In this document: positions 39,433 to 53,044 of the stretch, in pieces
How the letters are laid out: every line of letters starts with the position of its first letter
How positions within the stretch are numbered: the stretch's first letter is position 1
Assembly (NCBI RefSeq): GCF_006345805.1
Contig: NC_043002.1
Location: forward strand, 14,756,001 to 14,820,000
From: Octopus sinensis
Lineage: Eukaryota
DNA length: 64,000 nucleotides
Direction: 5' to 3'
The notes under the pieces: model-generated
What the model saw: the letters and a program-made list of their open reading frames with translations, nothing else
What the model was told of the DNA's origin: nothing
The model's database searches: none
Position numbers and translations under genes: made by a program

Positions 39433-40843
39433 TATTTCATAAATGTGTCGTCATATAGACAGTACAAAGAGCTTTGCGGGCTGGACAAATACATTAATGA
39501 ATGAAAATGAAATTATAATGAATAAATGAGAGACGAAACCTAGCACCCGCCGATTGGATTTTTTTTTCGAAATCATATTTTCTTTTTTTTTTTTAAATCA
39601 ATATGAGGTTTCGAAACTCTTACAAGGGGGAGGCACTAAAACCTCTTACTTAACATGTTTTCTTTTTTTTCTTAAAGCACAAAATTGAGGTTATAAACCA
39701 CTACAAAATAATCCAATAAGATGAGGTTTCAAACCCTCTAACGAGGGTGTTTCACCTCCTACTCTTCGATATATCCATCGATATATTCATCATTATCTTC
39801 AATGCCGATTGAGTTCCTGTATCCCGCCATCTCCCATGCTTCACTCGTGTAGGATATGTAAGTCGTGTAAGGGCCACCCGGCCATATGCGACACTCCTTC
39901 CGAAATCCTTTAAGCCTTTCCCACAAGGGAAACCTTATGACCTCCACAGCTATCTGCGGACGTCATTCTGGATCGCGTGTGAAGGGCATATCTACTGTTT
40001 CTTTATGTTCTTCTACTATTTTTTCCACCTCCCCGCCCTTTAAGAAAAAGGTAATTGATTGATCATCTTTAAGGGTGGGGGTGGTTTCTTCAGCCGTGGG
40101 TGGCACAACTTTGGGACATGAAGTCGGCACATCATCTCCCCGCAGCGATGACCCGTTCTTCTTCCTTGTTTTTTTACTTTTCTTCCTGGCTTTGGGAGAG
40201 TGAAGCTCTTCCGCTTTGTCCAGAGACTCTCCCCCGCCTTTCGAAGCCTTAGGTTCCTTCGGCGGGCAAGCGCCTTCTTCCTTTTTAATCCTTTTTGTAC
40301 CACCGTCTTCTCCTCCACATCTTTTAACCATTGCTTAAGACAGAGTTTTTCTTTTGAAGTTCCTTCTCTGCCATGTCGAAAAACAGTTCAAAAATAGTTC
40401 AAAAGACAGTCTGCCAAAAAGTTAAACCGAATAAAAATAAAACAAAATAAAGGGGAGGGAAGGAAACTGAAATTAAAGTAATGAAAAGAATGAACCAAAA
40501 TTTAGAAATATATAAATAATAGAAGGGAAAAGTAAAAGAAAAATCTCACAAATAGCACAGACAGGGAATCCTTTGTATAATACTCCAAAAGGGTACTCCA
40601 AAAAGGTAATCCAAATGGCTTATTCTTATTTTTCTGGCGAGATACGCCCACTAGAATTCACAAGAAAAATTTTCAAAAAAATTCTTAATTCACCGTTACG
40701 GTGATTAGAACCAAGTATTTTTCTCGCTATAACGAGCCATGATTGACAATTTTTCTTTTTGTTCTTTTTTCTTTTCTGTTCATGGAGCCGAAACTCACAT
40801 CTGCTCACTGTAACAGTCCGGACGAACTAATGTTGCATTCTGA
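39433..40843 (-). mobile_element. 1.41-kb retroposed element with a single short decayed ORF (39759-40374)
   Basis: 15-bp TSD GTAAGCAAGCTACTT (39418-39432) / GTAAACAAGCTACTT (40844-40858); K/E/P-rich ORF broken by frameshift(s) and one TGA. Confidence 0.8.
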
Positions 40844-41762
40844 GTAAACAAGCTACTTACCACACAGCCACTCCTACGCCTACGTTCATCTATAAATTCA
40901 CGTATATATACACATATGGGGCATGTATATATAAGTGGCATGCATGTATGTATGTATGACAGATGCAAATATCACTTTCGATGAAGATAGTTTATATCCC
41001 AATACTGGTGCAAAAAATGAAAGAAAGATCCAATCAGATATACGTTAGGATAAATTTGAGAAAGAATATCAACACCGGACTTACACGCTCTTTAGCTTAA
41101 AGTACGCCTCTGGCATTTGGAGCTAATGTGTCAAACATTGTACTGAAGCAGTCTTACTGAAAAAGAATACCTGGTGAGAGCTGCATAAGATCGAACAAAA
41201 GTGGGCGGTAGATTATGAGGGTTACAGCAAAATCATTTCGAAAACAAATTCGAATCACGGATCTCTCATATCTTCAAGTCACTTTTTACGAGCTCTTGAA
41301 GGTAACTGTTTACCATAGAAATTAAGGTTAATCTCAGTGCTGTGCTCTCATACATATATGCATGCATATCTTACATTAGCATAAATACAAACCATGGTTT
41401 GTGTGTCGTGTGTATTCATAGTTTCCTTATTTGCCCATCGTTTATTGTGAAGGAAGAGACATCATGCTAGGAATTTATTCTCATTTTAATTCAATCAAAT
41501 ATGATATTTTGCTTTTGTTTTTTTATTTAATAGTATATAAAATTTATCTCAATTCTATCGCTAGTAAAAAAATCATTCCCTTATATTAAATGTAGCCATA
41601 ACGTCTCCACATATTTTCGTCATTTCGTTACGGATTGAATTGGTACATACATACAGATACACACTCACACACACACACACAAACATATATATATACGAGT
41701 GGCTTTGTTGGACTGCTAAATCCACAGCTTTTCTCATTCTCTCTGTTTATTTCCTCGTGTTC

Positions 41763-41798
41763 CTTTCTGTTGAAGAGTATAGGCTCGAAACCTAAAAG
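41763..41798 (+). ncRNA. Hammerhead-like motif, A6U core variant, in PLE-type repeat (about 41696-41940)
   Basis: CTTT-CTGTTGA-A-GAGT(ATAG)GCTC-GAAA-CC-T-A-AAAG. Confidence 0.5.
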
Positions 41799-43599
41799 AG
41801 ATTCTCACCTTCCCGAGCGTCAAACTAATACACCTTTTTGTTGTTTGTGGACCTGTCTTCGTCTTTTGTTTTTCCTTATTTTGTGTGTCTGTTTGTGTTC
41901 ATGCACGCCTGGTACAAAACGTCGTATGTCCAATCATTTTTAAAATTGCTTTTCACAGACAAGGACGTTTGGTATTTCGTTCCTTCTGTACCCTCGATAG
42001 TTACTGCGTTTTATAAAACATTATGTAGATTTCGATATCAGAAACTGTTCCGCGTCTGCTTCCTCCTCATTGCGTTTACATAATTTTTGTAGGCGTCAGA
42101 TATATTGCAATATATATATTCTCTTTTTATGTGTCTATATATACTAGATCGTTATTGAATTATGCATTGCTGAAAAAACTACCATAACGAAATTATTCCG
42201 TATTCCGAGACATATATTCCATTGAATTACGAGTTATAGACAGAATGAAATGTGTTATCACCAAAAGGTTTCGGAAAATAATCGAAGATATTTTATGCAA
42301 GAAAACGTCTTTTCATAACAGAATAACCGTTTTTATTCTGAATATACATTTGAAGAGCGTTGCATTAAGGAATAATTAAGTAAACTGCTACGAACGTAGT
42401 ACACTAGATTCTTTAAATGATGTTAACTATTGCTTGGTAGGTGGTTTGAAAATACATGTTCATATGAGGATCGGAAACACTATTTATGAAGTGCAGACCA
42501 GCAGCTGCAGAATGATATTAACAAGTGAAGAATGTTTTTCGTGCATCCTGGTATTTACGTAGCACAATCCCGCTGTAAGTTTCACTGTGTTAAGTGAGGT
42601 TGTCATGAGGTCCTCGTGCAATGTTTTTGTTATAGCAATTCCTATTATATTAGTGCTGAACTTGTATTTCATTGAGATGACAAAAGCAAGTGTCCGCCTT
42701 TTCCCCTTTTAATGTATAAACACTATTTTTTATTTTATAATGGCGTAGCCTATATATCTCCGATTCGTAAATACGGCATGGGTGAAACTATTACTCGTTA
42801 TAATTTCGTACATCACATTTTATGTATATGGTAGTGTTCCAAAGCCACATTTAACACTCGGTATATAATTATATACGTTTTTAAATATGGCAATGAACCA
42901 CTTTATTAAATCGTCTACTGTATGATTTTTTTTATATAATGCATATTATGTATGCAACAACAGACCACATAATATGCAATTACGGACTACAGAATATCTA
43001 GCACGATGTTGTCGTGAGTAAATCTGTGATATATGCTATTAATTCGGCAAACTTAGTTTTATATAAGAAACATGGTGCAATTGAACACATACGGTCGAAA
43101 TAACTTTAGCCCATTTATAATAACGTTCTTACACTAAAAATTTCTCCGTTCAAAGTTACGCAAGTGTGCATAAAAATCTAGCAACCAAGTCACTAATTGG
43201 AATAATATGTACTGAAATGCTTTCCAAAAATCCTTTTCGTTATTCAGTTGTACATTTGGACATTCGAGGAATTTAATTAATGCTTTACTAACAACATATA
43301 ATGCAAATATTACCAATTATGAAATTGTATCAATTGCTCCCTTGTATACTAAGAAATTCCCCAGCTCAATGATTTCAGAACAGGAAATGTCATTCAGTTG
43401 GAAAAACACAGCTCTTAGATTTTACAGTTTATTGCATTTTTTAGCAAATATGCGGAAATACTTTCTTTTTGAAAAGTCTCATTTGAACTTTATAGTGTAG
43501 TTTTAACAACAAAATTTCTGAAATAGCGTAATTCCTAAAGACTGGTTGACTGTATCAAAATATATCTTGAAGAAAGAAACATGTCTCATCTAATTTCAC

Positions 43600-43905
43600 T
43601 TACTTATTCTTGTGAGGGTCATTAGTGCAAAGTCCTCAAGCATGCTTTTCATCAGGTCCTGTCACAAACAGCCTCTCCAGTTAAAGTAAATGGATCCACA
43701 AGCGAGAATATCCAAGATGATGTGATCCATCATATTGTTTGAGATCAATCTATGGGTCTTCTGCCGCTTGGTTTAGCCCATAAAACCTTCCTGCAATCCT
43801 TTCCTGGGGTATTCTTTCCGCATGCCTGTAGTATAAGAACTGTGATATCCCAATCCGCAGAAGCAGCATCTGTACCTGGATCGCCTCTCTGATCTCCCAT
43901 GTACA
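43600..43905 (-). mobile_element. RTE-clade LINE 3' fragment
   Basis: Minus strand EIREAIQVQMLLLRI..HAERIPQEKDCRKVLWAKPSGRRP. Confidence 0.7.
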
Positions 43906-44840
43906 CTATCGTTTAACGTTACGCCAAAGACCCACTAGTAATGTATTCTTTCTGTTATTATCCAAGCTATATGACCAAAGATAAGGTTTGATACGGACAC
44001 CGAATTACGTTATATTTCCATTTCTGAAGACAGAATGTTGAAGATAGGGGAATGCCGGACCAGATCCCGCAATTCTTGTATTTGCACCCGCCTCCTTTGT
44101 TATACAACTCCTGTGGTACTTCGCCTTCTGTACTTGCTTCAATAGAATTCTACTTGCGTGTATATAAACACTGCAATTTTATGAAACATAAATGCTCTGC
44201 TTGATGACTTATGTTCGTACATTTGATGCGGAGTTAATGTATATGAAAAGACAAAAATATTGTATTTTTGTGTGTGGGTGTATTGTGTTAGAAAACCTGA
44301 TTTTGTGTTGCATTTTCAAAGAGATTTTTCTCATGCAACGAAATATCGATTTATAATTGAATTCTTCATGTTTTGTCATGTTTGAAAATCATTTGCTTTT
44401 ATATGGACGTACTGCTCCCTGACATCAAGTACTGCAACAGCTAATCAAGTGAAACATAGAAGAACAACTCAACTTCATTGGTTCTAGAGAATATATTGAC
44501 TATTTTATGTATTGAGTAAAATATTCCATTTCAGAAATTAAATATATATAATTGCACACAGACACATATATGTGTGCGCATGTGTATGTGTTATGTGTGT
44601 ATTTGCGTGCAAGCGTGTATACATGTGACTGATCATATATATGTATATATATATATAATTAATAATATCAGGGTAATAAAGAAATTAGAAATTTTTACTA
44701 CCAGTGGCCTAGAGTGTAGAAAAAGTAGTCAATAGACTATATATTATTCATATAAATACATGGATTTTGGCTGCTCCTTCCAGCGTGCCAGGAATCCTAT
44801 GATGGGTACATCTTGTGTATTTAAATGTACAATGTAGTTT

Positions 44841-44917
<77 letters not shown>

Positions 44918-45416
44918 GTTATGCATGTGCTGTGTGTCTCTCTACGCACGCACATGCACGTATATCCATGCTCGCAAGGTCGAACGTACACATAACTATA
45001 TCAAATGGGAGCAGATGACTATGAGTGTATGTGTGTTGTATATATATGTACATAACTGTTTCTTTGATACTAGTAAAAGTATGAGCTCATATAGTGATTC
45101 ACGTGCGGACATATATGCGTGTAGAAATGAGTGTGTATATGTGTACATATATGTATATATAGGTGAATCCTGGGACATAACTGTGTGACAAATAATCATT
45201 AAGTATCATGATCTTACCACCTTTCGGCATGGACAGTGGTGATGCCATATTTCTGCCACTCTTTGGTACAAGAAACCTCGTCTGCTAGTCAGCCATTTTG
45301 ATGTGGCTGCGAATATTACTCGGCAGTAAAACGTCCGCGTTGATCTCTTAGAGAGATATTAGAACATTTTTCTTTTACCTGTGGCAAAATCAGCGACTGC
45401 GTATTTGTTTGAAATA

Positions 45417-45455
<39 letters not shown>

Positions 45456-45776
45456 CTGAGGCGAGCTACTGCCTTCTGTAGCAGACGAGGTGTCCAGTAC
45501 CGAAGGATGGCAGAAATAGACCGAAACAAGCTGAGGTCTACTGGTCCCATCGCTAGGAGGTGGTAGTAGTTGTCTCCTATGCTCGCAATTTATAGGATAA
45601 GGCACAGCATCGTTAATCTCGTAAAGGAGATGCCTTGGGGTTAAGAAATTGACGCAGATTTTGTTCGAAAGGACATCCATATCGAAGTGGCTACGAACAT
45701 TACCTTTTAGTACAACGAATGCGTTGCTCTCTTAGAAAGATTTTAGAACAGGTATTTTCACTTATATATATATATA

Positions 45777-46244
45777 CTAGCAGTATAGCCCGGCGTTGCT
45801 CGATTTTGCTTGTTAGTTGCGCTTAAAACGGCAGATTTTGATATCGCGTTAACAAAGTTTTGACAGTTTCCATTTTTTTTTTGAAAAGTAAAAATTTCGC
45901 ATTGTGTAGGTTGTTATTCTCTTTAAGTGAATATTTTTCTTGTTGAAATACACTGAAAAATGTCGACACTGCAGTCACAAAATCGTACAAATTAGGGATT
46001 TTCATAGAAAAAAAAAATACCTTTTTGCTGTAAATAATGTTTGGTCTTAACATGGTCCGATTGAACTATTGTCTTCTACGGAATGAAGAGTAAGCATTCT
46101 TCTATCATGCTCTCAATTTTGGTCAACTTGAGAGTCTCGGAGGAGATAGCGTTAGTTGAAGGCTACCAAACCTGCCACACATACACACAGAGGAAACTTC
46201 AGATTTATATGTATGTATATATATTATATATATATATATATATA
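45777..46244 (-). mobile_element. Non-autonomous Helitron
   Basis: Minus-strand 3' end CGAGCAACGCCGGG-CTATACTG-CTAG|T, matching the 3' end at 30842-30868; 5' end runs into (TA)n. Confidence 0.7.
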
Positions 46245-46323
46245 TCCTTAAGAAATCACGCACACATATATGCATATACATAGACACATAGATGTGCATG
46301 TATGTGCGCATGCATGTAGATAT

Positions 46324-46393
<70 letters not shown>

Positions 46394-46667
46394 GAAAAAA
46401 TAGAAAGGAGTTTGATGAAGAAAATGAAGTGATAGTTTTAAAAAAATATACCAAGAGACAACACGTCTGGTGGTGTCTTCATAAGCAAAGGCCCAATATT
46501 GACCAGATGTATTAAGTCCTCAATAGCTAACGATCGCACATACGCATGGACTATGTATCCATCAATACTTTTTGGGCCAGTAACACCTACTGTTGGTCCT
46601 TGCGGTTTATAAACGGAATGTGCGTTGGGGTTTATTAAAAGACAATCTACTTACTGACACTAATAGG

Positions 46668-46940
46668 ATTTAGTTAGTTAGTTAGTTAATTTTGGGCTCA
46701 AAAAGCAAAACGCAAGGTCATGTAGGGGGACATGGAGTTATGTACAGGGTGGTGTTCATGTAAAGAGTTCAGGCCACTTGTGGTCAAGGGAGACTTTGAA
46801 CCGAGCGGTCGTCGGCATCCTCACCATCTCGTCCGGCAGCTTATTCCACGGATCCGCAACCGGGACGGAGAAAGGCCCTCTCCTTCGATTGAGATGTTGA
46901 TACATACGAGAGGATGCTGGACGTTCTCGCGGCGATAATA
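46668..46940 (-). mobile_element. CR1/L2-type LINE 3' end
   Basis: RRRAFSVPVADPWNKLPDEMV..FKVSLDHKW; (AACT)n tail. Confidence 0.8.
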
Positions 46941-47274
46941 CTCAGTGTCACTAAATGTTAGGGAGTAAGGATGAATCCCTTAAATGATGTAACTTTCGAT
47001 ATTAGGGATGTCGTTGTTTGGACAAAAGTTCTCAAAATTAAGTGGGTGAGAGTGATGTTTTTTCTCTTCTCACTACACCTAGTGGATTACTATTATCGTA
47101 GAAACTTCACATGGATCACTGGAAGTTGCGCCAGTGTTGAGATCACATCATTTAGTACGCTCCCACTGAGTTATTGGAACGAATTTGAAATTTAGACATT
47201 GGAAGTTAAAATTGATGACTGAAATATGTGAAGATACGTGATTCCTTTTGTTGTGACGTTCACAGTCAGAATCC

Positions 47275-47306
<32 letters not shown>

Positions 47307-47689
47307 TTATATATATATAATATATATATATATAAACACGTGAAGGTGAAGTTGTGCTTATGGAAATAAATGATCTGATTTGAACAATGGGATTTTGCTG
47401 AGCTGGACAGGACACGTCATCAGGATGGAGCATCATTGACTTGAAAAAGCAACTTCATAGGTTGATGCATACCTGTATCGTATATCTGAATTTCTCGTTA
47501 TCGATTATTAGAATACGTTAATGTAGACAGTAAGCTAGTTTACAAGCTCAGACTGCTATAAACACATAGAATGCAACTGGTGTTTGGTCACCTTTCTGTC
47601 AATTTAAATAAAATACGTGAAATAACTGTTTATTATCATCTATTTGCTTTGAAAGACTGATTATATGTTTATATCATGAAAAGGATATG

Positions 47690-48100
47690 CATTCCTGGAA
47701 GGAATTGTGCCAAATTTTGGCATTGTAAGCTACACCAATGCTAGAACGGGACGACACAGCATAGTGCCAAAGATCCCAGCAATGCCATCACGCTTCAGGA
47801 CCAGCTTCTGCAACAGCCTGGGTTTCAAGGGCCCACAGCTTTGTAATATTCTCCCAAAGAGTCTGAAGAACTTGCACTAAGTAGATGTAGCGGTTTTTAA
47901 ATCAAAGCTGGACATCTTCCTGTCAAGAGTCCCAGATGAACCTACCTCACGGCAAGAGGTGCAAATGAGAGTAGCTATATCAAACTCCATTCCTCACCAA
48001 GTGACACATATTAGACGAGGTTCTTCGCAATAACAGTGTAGCACAAAACGGCGGTGCATCAGCATGGCCGCAGCTCTGAGCTGAAACTAGAGAAAAAAAA
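47690..48100 (+). mobile_element. CR1/L2-type LINE 3' end
   Basis: EGIVPNFGI..SLGFKGPQLCNILPKSLKNL..FKSKLDIFLSRVPDEP; tail shared with SINE family B. Confidence 0.85.
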
Positions 48101-48546
48101 AGCTATGTTTTAAATTAGTTTGCTTTTTTTCCATATGTGAATAGCTTATGCGTAATTAAACATGCACTATTCTAAATTAGATAAATATGCTTTTGAAAGT
48201 ACTTAATAGTTAGTTATAGGGGTTTCTGAAGGTAATTATAGAATAATAGATTACATTGCCGTTTAGAAAATGGAAACAAAAAAATCAGTATTATGTTCAA
48301 TTCCTACAAGAAAAAAAGATCAGAAATAAAAAAAAAAAGCAAAAATATAATAAATGTGTCTTCTGTAGTAGCTGAAACATAAATAAGGTTGCTGACGTAA
48401 TATCCTTCCTAAAAGCTACATGTATGGGTAGAGCATTAAAACAGAACATCTTAAGGCATTGAGAGTTAGGTTACTCTATTCCTATTGAATGTAGAACCAA
48501 GGATTTATAGCAGCAAAACAAAGTGAGACAGACAGACAGAGATGAC

Positions 48547-48585
<39 letters not shown>

Positions 48586-48669
48586 TAAATTGAAGCAGCA
48601 GAGCCACAGATGCCCATGGGTGCATGCATACACAGAATTGTGTGTATATATATAAATAGATACGTTCAT

Positions 48670-48738
<69 letters not shown>

Positions 48739-49751
48739 CATATATATATATGTATATATATGTATGTATGTATATACACACATATATGTTTATAGGTAGA
48801 TAGATAGATAGATAGATAGAGAGGGAGAAGAAGAGATAGACAGATGCATTTATGTGTGTGTGTGTATATATACATGTATATATATATACATATATATGTA
48901 TACATGCCCAGATATATATATATATACATATATGCATATTTATATATATAATACACATGTAATATATATACATATATATATATATATATGTATGTATATA
49001 TATATATATAAATGCATATATATGTGCATATATATATACATACATATATACATATGTGTATATATGTATACATATACACAATGTATATTCATAATTAAGC
49101 GTGGGTTTATACATATACTTATTCTTGTGTGTATGTATGTATGTATGTATGTATGTATGCACATCACTTTGGCATAATTATACGACGAATGGAATATTTA
49201 TTATTTGCCATTGTGACCCGCATGCAATATATGGAATTTGAATTGAACATTACAATAATTACATATATCTGCTTCGTTGAACATGTCACAAATTTAATAT
49301 CAATATTTCTGCAATTATGTCACTTCGGAAGAAAACACATATCGACTTTAAACTCATTCTAACACCACCGTACCTAAGTAATACATGTTACTCCTTCCCT
49401 CTATTTCTCTCTCACTTCATTTCTCTTTCTTCGTATCTATCCTTTATAGTATATACCATTTTCCATGAATAAGTGTGTGTGTGTGTATGTGTGATGGCCA
49501 GTATCATAGTATGCGAGATATTTATTTACTTGACTGCGTATATGCATCAAATACGTGCAAAGATGTCTTCAGTTTACTGAACTGATACAAATATCTATGT
49601 GTTACAGTTAAAACTGATGGCGTATTCAGCGAAATATATTAATTCGATTAGTGGATCCAATGAAGTAGAGGAACGAGAATACGTATGGTCAATCACATAA
49701 TCACAAACACACACACACACACACACACACACAACACACACACACACACAC

Positions 49752-49809
<58 letters not shown>

Positions 49810-49813
49810 CACA

Positions 49814-49850
<37 letters not shown>

Positions 49851-49868
49851 GTATATTATATATCTATA

Positions 49869-49904
<36 letters not shown>

Positions 49905-51043
49905 GGCATATATGTATTATATAGGCATATATGTATATGTATATTATATATCTATATGTATAATATATATACATATATATATATAGGCATATATATATAT
50001 AATATACATATATATATATATATACATATGTGTGTGTGTGTACTTATGCATGTATAAATGCGTGAATGTATGCATACTTGACTACACGCGGCTCAACTTG
50101 AAACAGAATTGCATTCTACATTGATATCGATATATACATACAAATGCTCAAAATCCTTAAGAAATCCAAGCGCACATATGCATATTATACGCATATACAT
50201 AGACACATGTATGTGCATGTATGTGTGCATGCATGTAGATATCCATGTATGTTTGTGTTTATGCATGCATCCACGTATACATGCATGCATAGATGTATGC
50301 ATATATGTATGTATGCATGGAAATATGCTATATGTTTCGCATTTTGGATAATCCTGGTGTCGTTAATGCAAAATAAGAGTTAAGATAATATGCTTGCTTT
50401 ATTACAATCTTTCTGAGAATCTTTGAGTTTAGAGATAAATATCGTTGACTAAGCTATATAAAATTTCTTCGATGTCATTATGGAAACACACTTGAGTATG
50501 GTAATGCCACTTTCTCTAAATTTCAAATGCAATTTATTCTTCAGTAACTGTCGTTCAATTACCAAGATGCTGTAATGAAATACATCGAAGTCAAATTACG
50601 CTTTTCTAGTTCGTCAATCTTCTACAAAGCATAAGGAAGATATATTCTCACAAAGTATCTCACAATATAGATTCAAAATTGAAAGACACATTTGCTAAGT
50701 CATTTAAGCAAATATTGCTTATCGCTGGAAACCAAACGAGGGTCAAGTCTGATGGGTGTTATACTAGATCTTAGATTAGCATTTTTCACACTCGAGTTTC
50801 GATCAAATGCCATAAGATTAAAAGCGTAGCGTGGTTTATCAACTGATTTCTACTTGGTAAACTATATTTCAACATGTAGTTTACCTACTACGAAAGATGT
50901 ACACAGAAAAACAAATATTTTAAACAACTGCGACAGATTAACATTACGTTCAAGAAGTAGGATGGCCTCTCATATATCCAGAAGATTACGTCAATCGAAA
51001 GCTAAAAGACACGGAACCACATTGTATAAAACATCTGATACCT

Positions 51044-51117
<74 letters not shown>

Positions 51118-51677
51118 GATATATATATATATATATTATATATATATATATATTATATATATATATATTATGATTTAGGATGTCTAAGAGATACTACCAC
51201 GCTTGAAATGGCAGCTAAAACTTGAATCTAAGACCACATTAAAAGTTCATACAGCACCAGGAGAGAAGACAAAAAGACAAAATATACTAGCAAAAAACTT
51301 ACTGGATAATTCCAGATCCCAGATTTTAATAAAAGTTGTTAACTTTGGAGGTTTTTTATTCCCATGCTTGCCATTTGAAAAGCTCGATATTTAAATAACG
51401 ATCTTATCCTTAGTTATATAAATATATATACATACATAGATACACATATATACACACATAGACACATGTGTGTTATGTATATGCGTGTATGTTTGTATTT
51501 CTGTATGTATATATTTACAAATATGTATGTGGGTATATATGTAGAGAGAGATAGATAGTGAGTGGAAAAATATAGAGTGATATACGGTGTGGTTGATATG
51601 AAGACAACTATTGTAGAAAGCAAAGGGAAAGCAAATCGTAAGTATGCTGGTTAAGAATTATCATTTAAATTTGTCTT

Positions 51678-51895
51678 CGGTGGCGGTGACCTAATAGAAT
51701 CTTTAGCACTACGGGCGAAATGCTTAGCGGTATTTCGTCTGTCTTTAAGTTCTGAGTTCTATTTCCACCTAGGTCGATTTTGCATTTCATTGTTTCGGGG
51801 TCGATAAATTAAGTACCAGTCGCGTACTGGGGCTGATCTAATCGTCTTGTCCCTTTCCCAAATATTTCATGCCATATGCCTAGAGTAGTAAAGAC
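51678..51895 (+). mobile_element. SINE family A, monomer
   Basis: GGCGAAATGCTTAGCGGTATTTCGTCTGTC..CGGGGTCGATAAATTAAGTACCAG; terminal tail. Confidence 0.82.
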
Positions 51896-52160
51896 TAAAA
51901 TTTATCTTCGGGTTTTTATAGTTTCATGAACATGAGAAGGACACCATTTCTGATATTTTAATCATAATTCTAACTAAGAAGCAACCCCCTAAATTAAGGG
52001 CGTCGTATCGTGAAGTTCTAAAAGCAATGTATCTCTATGTAAATAATACCACACAAGGTAACTGTCAATTAATCTACCCCATCTACCTATTTCTCGCTAT
52101 CACACTCTTTCTCTCTTTCTCTCTCTGTACACACACACACATACATATATTTACATACAT

Positions 52161-52239
<79 letters not shown>

Positions 52240-52278
52240 CATACATATATATACATATATATATACATATATATATAT

Positions 52279-52350
<72 letters not shown>

Positions 52351-52408
52351 ATACATACATATATATATACATATATATATATATATACATACATATATAC
52401 ATACATAT

Positions 52409-52469
<61 letters not shown>

Positions 52470-52799
52470 GGGAGATGGAAAGAGAAGTAGAGATAGGTAT
52501 GTATATACATACATACAGACATGCAGACACATACATATATATATATATGTAAATATAGAGAGAAATAGAGGGGGAGGGTTCGAGGGAGTACATTAAGAAA
52601 GTAATTCAATTCCAGGAAATGTAAATTAAATTAATTAGCTTGCAACTAGTTTCGCTATCAGATGGAGTGCACTCATAGTTGAGCGTTTGTTTCACATAAT
52701 AGCTTTATCGGAACCTCCGACATATAGTAGCGCAATTTTATTGTGTTGTAGGTGTGTGGAAAAACACTATGAATAAAGTAAAAATATGTACTCTATTTT

Positions 52800-53011
52800 A
52801 CTCTCTTTTATTTGTTTCAGTCACTTGACTGTGGCCATGCTGGAGCACCGTTTTTAGTTGAGCAAATCGACAACAGGATTTAATCTTTGTAAAGCTAGTA
52901 CTTATTCTATCGGTCTCTTTTGCAGAACCGCTAAATTACAGGGACGTAAACGCACCAGCATCGGTTGCCAAGTGAAGTTAGAAGTACAAACACAGACACA
53001 CACACACACAT

Positions 53012-53044
<33 letters not shown>

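Larger units (their letters stand above)
38760..40882 (-). mobile_element. SINE family B split by nested insertions (39032-39225 and 39433-40843)
   Basis: Body at 38760-39432; the remaining head ACTTACCACACAGCCACTCC resumes at about 40855. Confidence 0.85.

Noticed and set aside
39723-39965. In-frame TGA plus downstream GA-containing hairpin as selenocysteine/SECIS
   Set aside because: The helix is too short with no apical AA, the second hairpin lacks the motif, and the ORF also has frameshifts, so the TGA is best read as decay
50473-50486. Relaxed X-box match GTCATTATGGAAAC
   Set aside because: Isolated degenerate match expected by chance; no other promoter motifs nearby
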